Source: Candidatus Woesearchaeota archaeon (GTDB taxonomy: Archaea; Nanobdellota; Nanobdellia; Woesearchaeales; JBAZVA01). From it: DNA of 53,972 nucleotides. The stretch is taken from NCBI GenBank assembly GCA_041661165.1, contig JBAZVA010000003.1:1-53972 (forward strand). Direction: 5' to 3'. The notes under the pieces are model-generated. The model saw only the letters and a list, made by a program, of their open reading frames with translations. It had not been told where the DNA came from and did no database searches. The position numbers and the translations under genes are program-made. Shown here one piece after another: positions 51,435 through 53,972 of this stretch (the first letter of the stretch is position 1; every line of letters starts with the position of its first letter).

Positions 51435-53927
51435 ATGAAACTCACACCTGGAATGCAGCAGTATATGGATCAAAAGAAATTGTATCCGGATTGCGTAATT
51501 CTATTTAGAATGGGAGATTTCTATGAAACTTTTTATGATGACGCAAAGATTTGTTCTAAAGTATTAGGAATTACGCTCACCGCAAGAGGAAAAGATGAAA
51601 CAAGAGCGCCTTTAGCAGGAATTCCATATCACGCACTTGATAATTATTTGCATAAATTAGTAACAGCAGGTTACAAAGTTGCAATTTGTGAACAACTTGA
51701 AGATCCAAAATTAACAAAAAAATTAGTTAAGCGTGGAGTTACAAGAGTAGTTACTGCCGGAACTGTGATGGATGAAAAATGCCTTGACAAAGGGTCAAAC
51801 AATTATATTGCAAGTGTATTTATTGATGAAAATAAATTCGGATTTTCTGTGTGTGATATTTCAACAGGTGAATTTCTCACAAGTGAATTTGAAAATTATG
51901 ATTCTTTAATTTGTGAATTTGCGAAATTTTCCCCAAAAGAACTTTTGATTTCACAAGATGATGAAAAGATAAAACAGTATTGTGAAGCGAATCATATTTT
52001 TTATAATAAACAAGACATTACAAAATTCTGGATCGAATCGTGTGAGAAGGCAGTGCTTGAACAATTTAATGTCCATAGCATTTCGTCGCTTGGACTTTCC
52101 GAGCACGAATTATCAATTTGCTCATCAGGTGCATTACTAAATTATCTAAAAGAAACTCAAATGACTAATTTGTCTCACATAAATAAGTTAAGATATTATG
52201 TTCAATCAGAATTTATGAATTTAGATGCATCAACGATTAGAAATTTAGAACTTTTAAAAAATATTATGGATGGAACAAAACGTGGTTCGTTATTATCAGT
52301 AATTGATAAGACAACAACTGCGTTAGGGTCTCGTCTTATTAGAAATTGGATTACAAGACCACTTCTTGATGTTGATAAAATAAATAAAAGACTTTTCGCA
52401 GTCAAAGCATTTGTTTCTGATTCACAAACAAGACAGGAAATCGAACAATTACTAAAGAGTATTTCTGATATAGAAAGAATAATGGGTAGAATTGAATACG
52501 GAATAGCGAATGCGAGAGATTTAATTGCACTAAAAAATTCCTTATTGACAATTCCGAAAATAAATGAACATTTAAAGAAAAACGAATCAATTAGTAACGC
52601 ATTTGGCGACATAGTTTGCACTCATGATTTTTCTAAATTAACAACTCTTTTGCTTGAGGCAATTAAAGACGAGCCCGCACTATCAACAAGAGAAGGCAAT
52701 ATGATAAAACATAATTATCATAAAGAACTTGACGAGTTGTTTGCAATCAAACGTGATGGTGCAAAAATATTACACGAAATAGAAAAGAAAGAAAAGGAAG
52801 AGACAAAAATTCCGTCACTTAAAATCGGATATAATAACGTGTTTGGATATTACATTGAAGTAACTTCTAAATACAAAGATCAAGTTCCTGCTAATTACGT
52901 TAGAAAACAAACCCTTTCTAATTATGAAAGATATATTACAGACGAATTAAAACAAAAAGAAGAACAGATTCTTTCCGCCGATGAGAAAATAGTAGAGTTA
53001 GAATACAAACTTTTCTTAGAAGTGATAGAAAAAACAAAAGAATTTACAAAACAAATTCAAGATGCGGCAACAAACATAGCAACAATAGATTGCGTTTTAT
53101 CTTTCGCACAAGTTAGTGTATTAAATCATTATACAATGCCTGTTGTTTCAAGAAATTATGAATTAAAATTAATTGATGCAAGACACCCTGTAATTGAAAC
53201 AATGCAGAAAAATTATATATCAAACGATTGTACACTTTCGCTAGACAAAAATATCATGATAATTACTGGTCCAAACATGAGTGGAAAATCTTCTTTTATG
53301 CGCCAGGTCGCTTTGTGTGCTCTTCTATCGCAAATCGGTTGTTTTGTTCCTGCAAAAGAAGCGCATATTGGAGTAATTGACAGGATTTTTACTCGTGTAG
53401 GTGCATATGATGACCTTACAAGCGGTCAATCAACTTTTATGGTTGAAATGAATGAGACATCTAACATAATAAATAATGCAACAGAAAATTCTATTATTAT
53501 TTTGGATGAGATTGGAAGAGGAACTTCAACTTATGATGGTATTGCTATTGCTTGGAGTGTTGCGGAGCACATAATAAACGTGATTGGTGCAAAATGTTTG
53601 TTTGCAACACATTATCACCAAATGAACAAACTTTCACAAATGTATGACAATGTTGCAAATTTTAATGTCGCAGTTGATGAAAATAAAGAAGGAATAGTTT
53701 TCTTACATAAATTAATTGAAGGTGGAACAGATAAAAGTTACGGAATCGAAGTTGCACGTTTAGCAGGACTTCCAAAAGACGTAATTGATAATGCAAAAAA
53801 AATAATGTCGCGACTTGAGTTAGAAGACGAAATTGCAGACAAAATTGCTGCGCCAATAAAACCAAAGAAGATGTCGCAGTTAAAAGAATCTGATACAAAA
53901 TACGAAAAACAAACTAAATTGCTTTGA
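51435..53927 (+). CDS. mutS: DNA mismatch repair protein MutS (MutS1 type)
   Basis: TPGMQQYMDQK...LFRMGDFYETFYDDA (mismatch-binding domain), GPNMSGKSSFMRQ (Walker A), ILDEIGRGTSTYDG. Confidence 0.9.
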   Translation: MKLTPGMQQYMDQKKLYPDCVILFRMGDFYETFYDDAKICSKVLGITLTARGKDETRAPLAGIPYHALDNYLHKLVTAGYKVAICEQLEDPKLTKKLVKRGVTRVVTAGTVMDEKCLDKGSNNYIASVFIDENKFGFSVCDISTGEFLTSEFENYDSLICEFAKFSPKELLISQDDEKIKQYCEANHIFYNKQDITKFWIESCEKAVLEQFNVHSISSLGLSEHELSICSSGALLNYLKETQMTNLSHINKLRYYVQSEFMNLDASTIRNLELLKNIMDGTKRGSLLSVIDKTTTALGSRLIRNWITRPLLDVDKINKRLFAVKAFVSDSQTRQEIEQLLKSISDIERIMGRIEYGIANARDLIALKNSLLTIPKINEHLKKNESISNAFGDIVCTHDFSKLTTLLLEAIKDEPALSTREGNMIKHNYHKELDELFAIKRDGAKILHEIEKKEKEETKIPSLKIGYNNVFGYYIEVTSKYKDQVPANYVRKQTLSNYERYITDELKQKEEQILSADEKIVELEYKLFLEVIEKTKEFTKQIQDAATNIATIDCVLSFAQVSVLNHYTMPVVSRNYELKLIDARHPVIETMQKNYISNDCTLSLDKNIMIITGPNMSGKSSFMRQVALCALLSQIGCFVPAKEAHIGVIDRIFTRVGAYDDLTSGQSTFMVEMNETSNIINNATENSIIILDEIGRGTSTYDGIAIAWSVAEHIINVIGAKCLFATHYHQMNKLSQMYDNVANFNVAVDENKEGIVFLHKLIEGGTDKSYGIEVARLAGLPKDVIDNAKKIMSRLELEDEIADKIAAPIKPKKMSQLKESDTKYEKQTKLL

Positions 53928-53972
53928 TAATTTTAAATTGATATAATGATTAAAAAGGTACAAAATGAGTCT

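Overview
AT-rich, gene-dense window (about 60 credible CDS, one tRNA). I read it as a small DPANN-type archaeal genome with many bacterial-type genes. Support for archaeal origin: palindromic TTTATAAA boxes 20-35 nt upstream of many start codons, a Cdc48/VAT double-AAA ATPase, an ArlH/ArlI-like pilus module, DUF2683 and HEPN-MNT modules, and a GDGT-MAS-like radical SAM enzyme. Content in order: a type IV pilus/archaellum-like cluster (pilin-like proteins, KaiC-like ATPase, an enlarged ArlI/PilB-like ATPase, two T2SF platform proteins); histidine phosphatase, DedA and LspA; an endonuclease III-like protein; tRNA-Leu(GAG); TM2/DUF2752 proteins; a DEAD-box helicase with an RGG tail; a DUF2683 antitoxin with a frameshifted RelE-like toxin; a radical SAM / ICMT-like methyltransferase / DUF4395 / Lgt cluster; an orphan-gene patch; an oxidative-repair plus NHEJ block (EncFtn-like, MsrA, ligase, AEP polymerase, phosphoesterase, Ku, MsrB, MsrP-like, cupredoxin); GH13, an ABC-2 transporter, a surface protein with a T9SS-type C-terminal domain, and a Tat-signal GH3; Cdc48; HEPN-MNT; MutS. 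The most unusual signal is non-coding. Fourteen copies of a 100-170 nt hairpin repeat sit in intergenic spacers. Each has a variable outer stem, a 6-bp ACCGGC/GCCGGT clamp with compensatory substitutions, and an oriented conserved interior. Two subtypes exist, and subtype B has 7-bp target-site duplications, one at the 3' end of tRNA-Leu. Other oddities are a roughly 150-nt GC-rich, A-poor in-frame patch in an orphan ORF (a possible DGR variable region or in-frame insertion), an 830-bp ORF-free T-rich region, and several short tandem or inverted repeats at promoters. No CRISPR array, rRNA or transposase gene is visible.
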